Program-made: the position numbers and the translations under genes | Assembly (NCBI GenBank): GCA_016840855.1 | Contig: JAEORO010000069.1 | Location: forward strand, 17,825 to 81,824 | Direction: 5' to 3' | Origin: Candidatus Thorarchaeota archaeon | Lineage (GTDB): Archaea; Asgardarchaeota; Thorarchaeia; Thorarchaeales; Thorarchaeaceae | Length of the DNA stretch: 64,000 nucleotides | Shown: piece after piece, positions 36,871 through 47,047 of the stretch | Position numbering within the stretch: the stretch's first letter is position 1 | Layout of the letters: every line of letters begins with the position of its first letter | Notes under the pieces: generated by a model | The model's input: only the letters and a program-made list of their open reading frames with translations | Told to the model about the DNA's origin: nothing | Database searches by the model: none

Positions 36871-38541
36871 ATGATTATAGAATGTCGAATCGATGATCTT
36901 CTTTCATTAATAGGAAAGAAACTCACCATGCAAGAGCTAGAAGATACGCTATTTCTGATAAAAGCTGAGGTTGAGAATGTAGATGGAAACATCATTGAGA
37001 TAGAAGTGAATCCAGACCGCCAAGATATGCTATCCACAGAAGGCATAGCTAGGTCAGTTAGGTCATTCTTGAGTATTGAAACAGGATTGAAGACATATGC
37101 TGTGAAAAAATCAGGGAAACAAGTCATTGTCAAAACAGGACTTGCAAAAATCAGACCCTTCATTTGCTGCTCTATCATTAAGGGTGTACCTTCTGATGAT
37201 GAATTGATAAAGGAATACATGCACCTGCAAGATTCTCTAACATCAACACATGGAAGGAATAGAAGCAAAGCCAGCATTGGTCTCTATGTATACGACGAAC
37301 TTGAATTCCCAGTGATTTATGGATTGCGTGCTCCTGAGATGATCAAGTTCATACCATTAGGTTATGAGAAAGAGATGGATGGTCCAACAATTCTGAATCA
37401 ACATGAGAAAGGAGTTGAATTTGGGCCCATTATTCAGAAACATAAGAAATGGCCATTACTCTATGACTCTAAAAATCAAATTTTGAGTCTCCCTCCAGTC
37501 ATCAACAGCAACCACCTAGGACGAATAACCACAGAAACCAGGAATATATTCGTTGAAGTTACAGGGACACATTTGCCGACAGTACATCAAGCTCTGAACA
37601 TCATCACCGCATCCCTTGAAGAAAGAGGGGGTAAAATTGAGTCTGTTACAGTCGTATATCCTGATGGCACTACTGATGAAACTCCAGATTTTAAGCCGGA
37701 TCGAATAAGGATCAACGTGGACGACGTTAATTCGCTTTTAGGTCTCGATTTATCAGAAAGTCAGATTGTCAGAGCATTGGAAAGAATGGGTTATGGAGCA
37801 AAAACAACGAAAGCAAAACAAATTCAGGTGTTCATCCCCAAGTTCAGAATGGACATTCTTCATCCCGTCGATATAATCGAAGACATAGCTATCGGATATG
37901 GATATGACCGATTGGAGCCCGCTATGCCCCAAACAATGACTATGGGAAAAATCAATCCGATAACTAGAATCAAAAACAAGATTCGAGATTTATTGGTTGG
38001 ACTTGGCTATCAAGAAGTCATGAACTACATCATGAGTTCTCCTGATTTACTGAATGAAAAAATGAATCGAAATCGGCCACTGGTAGAAACTGGTAATCCA
38101 AAGAGTCGCAACTACTCGGTCCTCAGGAACTCTCTTCTTCCAATTCTCCTTGATTTCATTTCACAGAATCAACATGCGGATTATCCACAGAAGATCTTCG
38201 AGGTTGGAGATGTGACAGTTCCGGATGAGTCAAAGGAAACCCGCGCAAACCAGGTTACGTCGATTTGCGGTGTGACGACAGATGTAAAGGTAAACATCAC
38301 TAGTCTAATGAGCGAGATAGGATTTCTTTTACGTAATCTTGGATTAGACAAACAATTCACGTTCGAATCAGAAAAGAGCACAGACTTCATTGAAGGTAGG
38401 TGCGCAAGCATTAAGATTAATGATGAACCATGGGGATCTTTTGGAGAGATTTCTCCCAGAATACTCTCTAACTTCGGAATTGGCTATCCAATCGTAGCTT
38501 TCGAGATTCACATTCCAAGAAATGCAGATTGGATTACGTAA
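36871..38541 (+). CDS. pheT: Phenylalanyl-tRNA synthetase beta subunit
   Basis: NPDR.D.LS.EG.AR, Q..L....GRNR..ASIG.Y, LSLPP.INS, R.DILH.VD..ED.AIGYG, LR.SLLP, IFE.G. Confidence 0.95.
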   Translation: MIIECRIDDLLSLIGKKLTMQELEDTLFLIKAEVENVDGNIIEIEVNPDRQDMLSTEGIARSVRSFLSIETGLKTYAVKKSGKQVIVKTGLAKIRPFICCSIIKGVPSDDELIKEYMHLQDSLTSTHGRNRSKASIGLYVYDELEFPVIYGLRAPEMIKFIPLGYEKEMDGPTILNQHEKGVEFGPIIQKHKKWPLLYDSKNQILSLPPVINSNHLGRITTETRNIFVEVTGTHLPTVHQALNIITASLEERGGKIESVTVVYPDGTTDETPDFKPDRIRINVDDVNSLLGLDLSESQIVRALERMGYGAKTTKAKQIQVFIPKFRMDILHPVDIIEDIAIGYGYDRLEPAMPQTMTMGKINPITRIKNKIRDLLVGLGYQEVMNYIMSSPDLLNEKMNRNRPLVETGNPKSRNYSVLRNSLLPILLDFISQNQHADYPQKIFEVGDVTVPDESKETRANQVTSICGVTTDVKVNITSLMSEIGFLLRNLGLDKQFTFESEKSTDFIEGRCASIKINDEPWGSFGEISPRILSNFGIGYPIVAFEIHIPRNADWIT

Positions 38542-38645
38542 AGAGCTAAATTAAAACAAGTTTAATCTCCGCAGAAAAGATATAAAACAAGACTCGTGAA
38601 GAGTGAGAGTACGTCCGGAAAGCGATAACTCGGGGTTGCCAATGT

Positions 38646-39254
38646 ATGACGCAGAGAATTGATACTTCAGAAACCATATCTGACACAGACACGTCCGATG
38701 GCTTTGAAGGGTACAAGTTTCGTGTGGTCCTACTAGGAGAGGCAGCCGTTGGGAAAACATCGCTTGTAAGGAGATATACTGAGAACGTCTTTGATGAAGA
38801 GTATAAACAGACCATTGGAACTACATTCGCGACAAAAGACATTGATGTGACAGATAGCGAGGGCAGTATTCGTAAGGTTCGTTTGAACGTTTGGGATATG
38901 GGTGGTCAATCAACATACAGAGAACTTCGAAGGCAATTCATGAAAGGTGCGTCAGGTGCCATCATTGTATATGACGTTACACGTCCTGAAACATTCATGG
39001 CAATGAACAATTGGTTTGAATCGTTCAGAGAGGTTTGTCCTGCTTCGCCTGTTATCATTAGTGCTAACAAGATTGACCTCGCCGATCAAAGGATGGTCCC
39101 TCAGGAACCTGGATTGATGCTTCGCGATTGGTTCCAAGCGGAGTATTTTGAAACTTCAGCAAAAACTGGCGACGAGGTAAACAATGTGTTTACTCGTATT
39201 GCAGAGGTTGTTCTGGGAAAGGCTCTATCAGAAGCTAAAGGTCCTTTGATGTAG
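38646..39254 (+). CDS. Rab-like small GTPase (Ras superfamily)
   Basis: G1 GEAAVGKTS, G2 TIG, G3 WDMGGQ, G4 NKID, G5 ETSAK; no C-terminal Cys. Confidence 0.93.
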   Translation: MTQRIDTSETISDTDTSDGFEGYKFRVVLLGEAAVGKTSLVRRYTENVFDEEYKQTIGTTFATKDIDVTDSEGSIRKVRLNVWDMGGQSTYRELRRQFMKGASGAIIVYDVTRPETFMAMNNWFESFREVCPASPVIISANKIDLADQRMVPQEPGLMLRDWFQAEYFETSAKTGDEVNNVFTRIAEVVLGKALSEAKGPLM

Positions 39255-39269
39255 ACCTATCCAGACGAG

Positions 39270-39692
39270 GTGAAGAGAAATATGAAAGTAAGGGACTTCA
39301 TGACTTCATTAATCATCACAGCAGAAGTAGACACTCCTGTGACAGATGCAGTCAGATTGATGGCTGTTGAAGATGTTGGAAGTCTCTTGGTCACAAAAGC
39401 AGATGTTCTCGCAGGTATGGTCACTCTTCGTGAAGTCATTGGAGCACAACTTCTTTCCGAGGAATTATACCACACTCTTTGCTTGGAAGATATCATGACA
39501 ACTCCAGTCGTCACCATCGGACCTGAAGCAGATATTGGGCAGGTAATCACCCTAATGAATCAAACTGGGAAACGACATATTCCAGTCATTGAAGGAAATG
39601 ATATCATTGGTTTGGTGGCCACCACAGACATAATCAGAGTACTTGCTACTGTGAAGCTTATTGCTGATGGAGCCCCGATGCTTGAAGATTAA
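39270..39692 (+). CDS. Stand-alone tandem CBS-domain protein
   Basis: KVRDFMT, VGSLLV, G.VT.R, DIMTTPV.TI, HIPV, IG.V...DI. Confidence 0.9.
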   Translation: MKRNMKVRDFMTSLIITAEVDTPVTDAVRLMAVEDVGSLLVTKADVLAGMVTLREVIGAQLLSEELYHTLCLEDIMTTPVVTIGPEADIGQVITLMNQTGKRHIPVIEGNDIIGLVATTDIIRVLATVKLIADGAPMLED

Positions 39693-40420
39693 GCAGGTTT
39701 GTATTTTGGAATCTCATCTTTGATTTCTTTCTTGAGCTTTATCACATCACGAGCTTGGAGTTCATGGCGTTTCTGATATCCCCCCACAATTCCGGCCCAT
39801 CTATCAATATGAACCATAATTGGGTCACTTGGCACAATCTTCAAAATTGCCGCTTTTGCCTCAGCCATGGCATCAAGAACATCCCCTGCAATACAACCCA
39901 TTTTTAGAGATTTAACAATTGAATTCAAATGACCTGCAATTTGCATTGCGCGATCTGCAGGGAGAGCTGTTGGAGCAAAGGTAGCAACGGGTTCAGGTTC
40001 AGGCTCAGGGGTGACAACTGGAGCAGGTTCTGGAGTCGGCGTGGGCGTTGCTTTAGGAGGAGGAGTTGGTGCAGCTGGTTTTGGAGGAGCAGTTTCAGGC
40101 ATCTTAGTCAACATTTCATCAATGAGAGCAATCATTTCATTCCTGAGTTTTTCCATTGATTGTTGAACAAATACTCGAATGGCTCCAACTTCCTGTACGA
40201 CCATATTGGCAAGAGCCTCTTGATTATCAGGAGGTGATGCAGCTGAGGTCTGCTTACCTATTGCAGCAATAATCTCATCCTTGGCAACTCGCACCTCAGA
40301 TTTAATCTCAGTCACTGTACCAAGAATTGTAATCATGCGTTTTAGAGTTTCACCAAGTTGATTGATGCTCTCTTCAATCTTCGTTAAACGACTTAGAAAT
40401 TGCTCTGCCAAGATAGTCAC
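39689..40420 (-). CDS. Hypothetical coiled-coil / Pro-rich linker / helical-domain protein
   Basis: Heptad N-terminus (RLTKIEESINQLGETL), about 45-aa P/A/T/E linker, helical C-terminus. Confidence 0.75.
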   Translation of the reverse strand: MTILAEQFLSRLTKIEESINQLGETLKRMITILGTVTEIKSEVRVAKDEIIAAIGKQTSAASPPDNQEALANMVVQEVGAIRVFVQQSMEKLRNEMIALIDEMLTKMPETAPPKPAAPTPPPKATPTPTPEPAPVVTPEPEPEPVATFAPTALPADRAMQIAGHLNSIVKSLKMGCIAGDVLDAMAEAKAAILKIVPSDPIMVHIDRWAGIVGGYQKRHELQARDVIKLKKEIKDEIPKYKPA

Positions 40421-40604
40421 CTACAGTCCAAATTACATCCGCGTATGGAAAATGTCAAGTATAATCCTTACTGTGATAGACCCATTTTTGTATTACTCAT
40501 CATTCTTACAAATCGCAATGATAGCTCGACAATATACTCAGAACTATTATTAACCCAACAATGGCAGAAATAAATGGTAGTGAAAATTAGGACGTTGTGC
40601 CACC

Positions 40605-41201
40605 GTGATGGAAGACGCTAGCCACATGCTCAAAATGGTCGCTCTAGGTAATGGAGCAGTAGGCAAGACTAGCTGTATTAAGAGATATACGGAAGACAGC
40701 TTTAGCGAACGCTATATAGCTACTATTGGCACAACATTTGCTCTAAAAACAGTAAATACTGTATCACCAAGTGGCAGTACAATTACAGCACGAGTTGTCC
40801 TTTGGGATCTTGCAGGACAACCCACCTACAACGAGCTGAGAAGAAGGTATATGGCCGGCGCTTCAATGGCTATCATAGTGTACGATGTGACTCGACCTCA
40901 GACTTTTTTGGACATTGGTGAGTGGTTCACCAAGTTTATCACTGTGTGTCCAAATGCTGTGGTCGCGGTTGTTGCTAACAAGATTGACCGCGAAGACAGA
41001 TTGGTTCCTCCAGAAGCTGGAAAAATGGTCACGCAATGGTTGGATGTCTTGCACTATGAAACTTCAGCTAAGACGGGTGAAAACATCAACACCCTCTTTA
41101 CTGATTTAGTTCAAAGGGCAGTGGCAAAGCAAGCTGAATTGGGTCAGCTTGATCAATTGTCTGGAACCCAACCACCAAAACCATTCAAGCTAGGCGTCTG
41201 A
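40605..41201 (+). CDS. Rab-like small GTPase, second paralog
   Basis: GNGAVGKTS, TIG, WDLAGQ, NKID, ETSAK. Confidence 0.93.
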   Translation: MMEDASHMLKMVALGNGAVGKTSCIKRYTEDSFSERYIATIGTTFALKTVNTVSPSGSTITARVVLWDLAGQPTYNELRRRYMAGASMAIIVYDVTRPQTFLDIGEWFTKFITVCPNAVVAVVANKIDREDRLVPPEAGKMVTQWLDVLHYETSAKTGENINTLFTDLVQRAVAKQAELGQLDQLSGTQPPKPFKLGV

Positions 41202-41227
41202 GAGGACTACTAGGAAGGATTTGGATA

Positions 41228-41761
41228 GTGTCAAAACTTCAATATTTGAAAGGTGGAATTGGACATCTTTTTCTTCTCATGATAAATTTCTCCGTTTTGG
41301 TTGGAATTATTGAAAGTCTTCAGCTCTTCACACCGTTCTTACCAACTCTGAATGCATTGGTTTTAGGGTACATGCTGTGCCATACTTTCATTCTTCTGTC
41401 GATTCAACAAGGCATCCAAATTCTAGAGTTCATTCGATTGCGTATGCCCACCGTTCTCATCGCATATTACTTTCAGATTAGCGATCAAGAAACCATAAAG
41501 GTGCCACTTTTTGATCCTACTAAAAGCAGGTTGGCTGTGTTTATTCTCCTTCTTGTAATAACTGGGGGACCAATCCTTTATCCAATTTTCGCGGTGTATG
41601 GATTCCTATTGGTGTGGGGACATTTCGCCATTATAGCTCTGGATCCCGCAAGGATCGTATGGTACTTTGGGATATTCATAAATTATGCTCCTCCATTATT
41701 ACTCATTATTGCAGCAATAATTGTTGGTTCTATAGTAATGATAGAAATGAAACATGTGTAG
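41228..41761 (+). CDS. Hypothetical multi-pass membrane protein
   Basis: 177 aa with 4-5 hydrophobic segments; co-oriented 26 nt after the GTPase. Confidence 0.7.
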   Translation: MSKLQYLKGGIGHLFLLMINFSVLVGIIESLQLFTPFLPTLNALVLGYMLCHTFILLSIQQGIQILEFIRLRMPTVLIAYYFQISDQETIKVPLFDPTKSRLAVFILLLVITGGPILYPIFAVYGFLLVWGHFAIIALDPARIVWYFGIFINYAPPLLLIIAAIIVGSIVMIEMKHV

Positions 41762-41764
41762 TCG

Positions 41765-43060
41765 TCAGAAACGGAATCTTGAATCTACAATTGTATCAGT
41801 TCTCCTTGGACCAACAGAAACCATAGCTACCTTTGATCCAGTTGATCTTTCTATAAAACCGATATAATTTTGTAATTGACTAGGAAGGTTGTTAAAATCG
41901 CTATGTTCAGGAGAAGGTTCAATCTCTTCTGTCCAACCCGCCATCTCATCATAGATAGGAACAACCTCTGAAAGCATTTCTGTGTAACTGGGAAATGTCG
42001 AAGTTTCAGTACCGTTTACATCATATGCTACGCAGACTTTTAGAGGATTAATGCCTGTTAGAACATCGACTTTGGTCAAAGCAAGGTGTGAGCACCCATT
42101 TATACGAATGGCATATCTTAGTGCAACTAAATCTAACCATCCACATCTTCGTGGACGACCAGTAACCGTTCCAAACTCTTTCCCTCGGTTCTGCATTCTA
42201 TGACCAATGTCATCTTTAAGTTCTGTAGGAAATGGTCCGGTTCCAACGCGTGTCATGTAAGCCTTGCAGACACCTAGTACAGCGTCAAGCCTTGAAAATG
42301 GTACTCCGGTCCCAACAGATGCAGCTGCAGAAACGCAATTTGAACTAGTAACAAAGGGATAAGTCCCATGGTCTATGTCGAGGAGAGTTCCTTGAGCACC
42401 CTCAAAAAGAACGCGTTTGCCTGTATTGAATGCCGACTCCAAGTACTCTCCTGAATCACCTACATATGGTAGCAACTTCTTAATGATAGACGAAAATGAT
42501 TCCAATGAAGCTATGTATGGGTCATCAACTACTGTCCCATATATCTTCTCAATGATTGATTTTGCTGAAGACTCTAACACTGACCACTGTTCACTATTAC
42601 GTTGAGTAAAATCACTGAGCCTGACGCCTACTCTAGCCACTTTATCACAGTACGTAGGACCTATTCCTCTTTTTGTGGTTCCGAGTTTCATGTTTCCTTT
42701 GGCAGTCTCGTTAAGACCATCAATCTGAATGTGAAAAGGTGTAATCAGATGTGCGCGGTCACTGATCAACAGATCAATCTCTATCTTAGCCTCTCGAAGA
42801 GCCTCAATTTCTTCTATAAGAACTGTAGGGTCAATAACAACACCATTACCAATCACCGTTCTCTTTCCACGTACTGCACCGGTAGGCATGATTCTGAATT
42901 TGTGAGTGTCGTTTGCAACTATTACCGTGTGCCCTGCGTTACTACCACCTTGAAATCTGACAACAATATCGAAGTTCTCGGATAAGACATCAACAATCTT
43001 ACCTTTACCTTCATCACCCCATTGAAGACCTATGACGACCAAGCCCTGCGGAGATTTCAT
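41765..43060 (-). CDS. purA: Adenylosuccinate synthetase
   Basis: GLQWGDEGKGK, RFQGGSNAGHT, GTT.RGIGP.Y, FEGAQG.LLD.DHGTYPFVTSS, EFGTVTGRPRRCGWLD; start adjusted to the ATG at 43060. Confidence 0.97.
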   Translation of the reverse strand: MKSPQGLVVIGLQWGDEGKGKIVDVLSENFDIVVRFQGGSNAGHTVIVANDTHKFRIMPTGAVRGKRTVIGNGVVIDPTVLIEEIEALREAKIEIDLLISDRAHLITPFHIQIDGLNETAKGNMKLGTTKRGIGPTYCDKVARVGVRLSDFTQRNSEQWSVLESSAKSIIEKIYGTVVDDPYIASLESFSSIIKKLLPYVGDSGEYLESAFNTGKRVLFEGAQGTLLDIDHGTYPFVTSSNCVSAAASVGTGVPFSRLDAVLGVCKAYMTRVGTGPFPTELKDDIGHRMQNRGKEFGTVTGRPRRCGWLDLVALRYAIRINGCSHLALTKVDVLTGINPLKVCVAYDVNGTETSTFPSYTEMLSEVVPIYDEMAGWTEEIEPSPEHSDFNNLPSQLQNYIGFIERSTGSKVAMVSVGPRRTDTIVDSRFRF

Positions 43061-43166
43061 AATCCGGAGCGATATTCGGTTGTAGATAACCATTCTGCCT
43101 AATGTTGGATTTAGGTTGTCATGGTCTAATTTAAATTCCAGAGCGCCTTTTGATTGTCGATAGATA

Positions 43167-44519
43167 TTGAAGAGACCTGATGTTGTCATTGTTGGAGCTG
43201 GTTCCGCAGGATGTGTCACTGCAAGAAGGTGTGCAGAGCTTGGGCTGAAAACACTTCTTTTGGATAGAAAACCAAAGGAAGAAATCGGTCAAAAAGTATG
43301 TGGAGATGAGGTTAGTAAGGCTCATTTTGAAGCGACAGGGATAGATTACCCAGAGGACAAAGAAATTTCATCAGTAATTTCGGGAGCTGATGTCTATCCT
43401 CCCAACATGAAAAACGAATTAAAGGTCAGAGATTGGGCGGATTTTGATGGATGGACGGTAAATCGACTCATCTTTGGGCAAAGACTCTTGCGTGAAGCTA
43501 TTAGCGCTGGAGCGACATTCATGCCCAATATCCATGTTGGAAGCCCCATGATGATAGGCGATCAGGTCACAGGTGTCCAGTACAAAGACCTCTCCTCAGG
43601 AGATTCAGTCATCATAAAGAGTAAGGTCGTTGTTGATGCCAGTGGATTTGCAGCAGTGATTAGAAACAAATTGGACAATGCTCTAGTCGAGAACGACATC
43701 AGCAAAGAGGACATCGCACTCTGCTATAGAGAAATTCTCACCTTGAAGATGCCTTTAGCTGAGCCTGAAGTAGCTCGTGTCTTTCTTGGAGGCGAAATTG
43801 CACCAAAAGGGTATGGCTGGATTTTTCCGAAGGGTGCAAAAGTAGTTAATGCAGGCATTGGTATAACTGGAGGAGATGGTCGAGGCTCGCCCAAATCACA
43901 TTTTGTGAAGTTTAAAGAAACCTATCCACTTCTTTTTGGGACTAAGGTGATTGATGGAAAAGGAGGCGCAGTGCCAGTTCGACGACCACTAAAGAGTCTA
44001 GTTGGAGATGGTATTGCTTTTGTTGGAGATGCAGCATTACAAGTCAATCCAATCCATGGTGGTGGGATAGGAGCTGGAATGAGAGCGGGAATAATCCTAG
44101 GTGAAGTAGTACGAGGTGCGATAGCTAGAAGGGATGTTTCTGCAAATGGACTTTGGTCATATAACACAAGATATCTCTCGAGTTTTGGTCAAAGGCTTGC
44201 ATCACTTGAAATCTTCAGGAGACTCCTCCAAAGTGTTTCTGATGAAGATATGGACTTTGGTTTCGAACGGAAACTCTTGGAAGCAGAGGACCTGATGGCT
44301 GCAAATCGTGGTGATGGTTTCTCACTTAGTATCGTTGATAAATTAAAGAGAGTAAAAAGAGGAGCAGGTAGAATTTCACTCTTAATCAAATTACAAAAAG
44401 CTGCGGGATTGATGAAGAAAATGAATAAAGCATACAGCAACTACCCTAACAGCCCTGACAAACTTGATAGCTGGGAAAAAACTGTTCTAGATATTATTGA
44501 ATCAGCTAATTTCGAATAG
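43167..44519 (+). CDS. Digeranylgeranylglycerophospholipid reductase (geranylgeranyl reductase family)
   Basis: DVVIVGAG.AG, KVCGD, DASG, P.GYGWIFPKG, VGDAA.QVNPIHGGGI. Confidence 0.9.
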   Translation: MKRPDVVIVGAGSAGCVTARRCAELGLKTLLLDRKPKEEIGQKVCGDEVSKAHFEATGIDYPEDKEISSVISGADVYPPNMKNELKVRDWADFDGWTVNRLIFGQRLLREAISAGATFMPNIHVGSPMMIGDQVTGVQYKDLSSGDSVIIKSKVVVDASGFAAVIRNKLDNALVENDISKEDIALCYREILTLKMPLAEPEVARVFLGGEIAPKGYGWIFPKGAKVVNAGIGITGGDGRGSPKSHFVKFKETYPLLFGTKVIDGKGGAVPVRRPLKSLVGDGIAFVGDAALQVNPIHGGGIGAGMRAGIILGEVVRGAIARRDVSANGLWSYNTRYLSSFGQRLASLEIFRRLLQSVSDEDMDFGFERKLLEAEDLMAANRGDGFSLSIVDKLKRVKRGAGRISLLIKLQKAAGLMKKMNKAYSNYPNSPDKLDSWEKTVLDIIESANFE

Positions 44520-44528
44520 AGAAAGGTG

Positions 44529-44549
44529 GATGGTCTCTGGGAGACCATC
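44529..44549. terminator. Perfect hairpin between the convergent GGR and radA genes
   Basis: GATGGTCTC-TGG-GAGACCATC in a 43-nt gap between two stops. Confidence 0.65.
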
Positions 44550-44562
44550 AATACTTCTATGA

Positions 44563-45618
44563 TCAAACGTCACGAATGCCTTCTTTCAAGACGGTGAATA
44601 CCGCTTCACCTTCAGGAAGATTAGGCGAGTCTACAAGACGACAGATCCTTCGTTCGCCCTTTGACTTTCTGAGATAGCAGCGGGTTTGAGGTACATGTGC
44701 AAGTACATGTCCACCTACTGGAGCGGTTGGATCTCCAAAGAAAGCATCAGGTCGAGACATCACTTGATTTGTGATGTAAACAGCCATGTTGTTAATCTCT
44801 GCGCCTCGCTGAAGATGGTGCAGATGCTTGTTTAACTTCTGCTGCCTTGCTGCAAGAGTGCCTCTACCGGTATATTCTGCTCTGAAATGACTTGTGACTG
44901 AGTCTACGACTAGCAACTTGGCATTGTGCTCAGTAGCCATTTCCATGGCTTGATCACAAAGTAGGATCTGATGATCTGAATTATAGGCACGAGCCCATAC
45001 GACATTCTTCAGAACTTTTGCACTATCCATTCCATATGCTTCAGCCATGTCAACAAGACGTTCTGGTCGAAAGGTACCTTCAGTGTCAACGTAGATGGCT
45101 TTTGCATTCAATCCACCATCTTCAGGCAAGCGTTGTATATTTACGCATAATTGATGCGCCATTTGAGTCTTTCCAGATCTGAAAGAACCATACATCTCAG
45201 TAATAGATTGTGTTTCAATGCCGCCACCAAACAATTCATCGAGAGCTTTCGATCCTGTTGAAATTCTACCAGCAGTTCTTCGGCGTTCGAGAAGAAGGTC
45301 CGCTGTTTCGAAACCGATATCCAGCATCTCACGAGCTGCTTTGATAATCTTCGTAGCAGTCGTTTCACCAATTGATCCTGCAGCAGCAAGTTCACCTGGT
45401 GATGCAACAGCGATTGCTTCAACATTCTTATAGCCGGACTCAGCTAGACGTTTTCCAATAGCTGGACCTACACCCGGAAGATCAGTGACTTCAATGCCTG
45501 AAACGCTGGAGTCATCTCCTCCGGAGTCTTCTAATGTTTCTTCTTCAGTTCCTTCAAATTCCTCGTAATCCATTTCCTCGTCGTCGTGTTCTTCATCTGC
45601 TGCCTTCTTTGGTGACAA
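44563..45618 (-). CDS. radA: DNA repair and recombination protein RadA
   Basis: HhH N-domain DLPGVG, GF.TA, Walker A GSFRSGKTQ, YVDTEGTFRPER, LLVVDS, RQQ.L, ITNQV, DSPNLPE.E. Confidence 0.96.
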   Translation of the reverse strand: MSPKKAADEEHDDEEMDYEEFEGTEEETLEDSGGDDSSVSGIEVTDLPGVGPAIGKRLAESGYKNVEAIAVASPGELAAAGSIGETTATKIIKAAREMLDIGFETADLLLERRRTAGRISTGSKALDELFGGGIETQSITEMYGSFRSGKTQMAHQLCVNIQRLPEDGGLNAKAIYVDTEGTFRPERLVDMAEAYGMDSAKVLKNVVWARAYNSDHQILLCDQAMEMATEHNAKLLVVDSVTSHFRAEYTGRGTLAARQQKLNKHLHHLQRGAEINNMAVYITNQVMSRPDAFFGDPTAPVGGHVLAHVPQTRCYLRKSKGERRICRLVDSPNLPEGEAVFTVLKEGIRDV

Positions 45619-45820
45619 ATAGAAGACCTCCCATTATCACTCAACTTTGATCTTCAGATTTTGTTGAGTATCTAGACGTGATAGTGTTGATTCACTGAGT
45701 ATAAAAATAGCACTAGTGAACAGACCGAGTGATTAGACTATAACACTTCTAAAGAAGTTGACTCTATATACATCAATCATTCCTAGATTCGTTACAATAA
45801 TGATGTAATAGTAATCAGTT

Positions 45821-46147
45821 TCAACCACGCGTTAATGTGACAAGAATAAACTCTTCTTGAGGAGCGATTCGAATTCCACCCATGTTTGTTTGTATCTGAA
45901 TGAATGCTAACTCTCCGCCTTCTTTAACACCTCTGACTATCTCCCAAGTCTTGCCAATCAATGCGCTTAGAAGTGCAGAAATTTCTTCGGCACGCTCTAG
46001 CGTAACACCCCAAGTGTTTATGGGAAATCCTTCAGGGCTTATGAATAATGCAGCATAGACATCTGGAAACTTGCTTGTAATATTTTGAATAATCCTCTCG
46101 AATATTTCACGCTTTGGCATTGCTGGCATGTTTTTGTACACATCCAT
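45821..46147 (-). CDS. Roadblock/LC7 domain protein
   Basis: V.AALFISPEGFPI, ISAL.SAL......I......G.L..I.I.T..G.I.I.P....IL. Confidence 0.85.
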   Translation of the reverse strand: MDVYKNMPAMPKREIFERIIQNITSKFPDVYAALFISPEGFPINTWGVTLERAEEISALLSALIGKTWEIVRGVKEGGELAFIQIQTNMGGIRIAPQEEFILVTLTRG

Positions 46148-46305
46148 AGCAGTTTCTGGGTGTTCTGTATCTGAAAGGTGTTAAATGGACAAAGAAAAAG
46201 CTTGCTGTCATATAACTACCGGAAATATCCAATTTTCTAAAATGATTTCAGGAGATAAATTATAGAAAAGATTGAAGATTGGGTGTGAAATCCTGAAAGC
46301 AATCG

Positions 46306-46941
46306 GTGAATCTAGTGAAGTATCATGATGAGCTTCTTGAGTTAGAAGGAACAGGTATAACTATCTCGCGTATAATTTCCAGACTTACGCCAGCTCCGCT
46401 CATAAACCTGTATATTGGGATTATATTTTCGATATCATCACCAATTGGTTTGGGACCTGTTCTTGATGCCGCATCATCAATCATTATTTGTATAGTCATA
46501 ATGGTCGTGCTCCCTGTTACACCTATTATCCTTGAAGCTTTGAAAGGGAATGTGGACTTGGATGTTTCCAAGCGTGAGAGTAGAACTAAGTTCTTTTTGT
46601 TTTCAATGATGTGCTATGTTATAGCATTCGCAGTATATGGCATACTGAGATGTCATATTATGAGCACGCTTGCTGTGACTTATTTTACTGTCACTTTGGG
46701 AGTTACATTGGTAAGCTTGAAATCGAAGATATCGGTTCATGGAGCAGGAGTTGGAGGTCCAGGTGCCGCATTGATCTATGTATATGGTCCTTTTGCTCTC
46801 ATTGTTGGCATCATATGGGCGCTTGTAATTTACTCAAGGGTTACATTGAAACAGCACACTCTCATGCAGTCAATTGCTGGAGTATCACTTGGAGCAGTAA
46901 TCGCGTGGATTACGTATTTCTACATCTATATCCCAATATGA
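46306..46941 (+). CDS. PAP2-like membrane protein
   Basis: D.DV..R..R, KISVH, SRV.LK.HT..Q...G; about 6 TMs. Confidence 0.75.
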   Translation: MNLVKYHDELLELEGTGITISRIISRLTPAPLINLYIGIIFSISSPIGLGPVLDAASSIIICIVIMVVLPVTPIILEALKGNVDLDVSKRESRTKFFLFSMMCYVIAFAVYGILRCHIMSTLAVTYFTVTLGVTLVSLKSKISVHGAGVGGPGAALIYVYGPFALIVGIIWALVIYSRVTLKQHTLMQSIAGVSLGAVIAWITYFYIYIPI

Positions 46942-47047
46942 TAAAAATGCACATTCAATTATTTTGTACTAAATCAGTTCATATGTGAACTTTCAATTTC
47001 TATCCTGAAGCCAGAGAGCTATCTAACCATAGGAATGTCATCCGACA

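Noticed and set aside
43061-43219. N-terminal extension of PurA in the ORF track
   Set aside because: Overlaps the divergent GGR gene and its promoter; family similarity starts at the Met at 43060.
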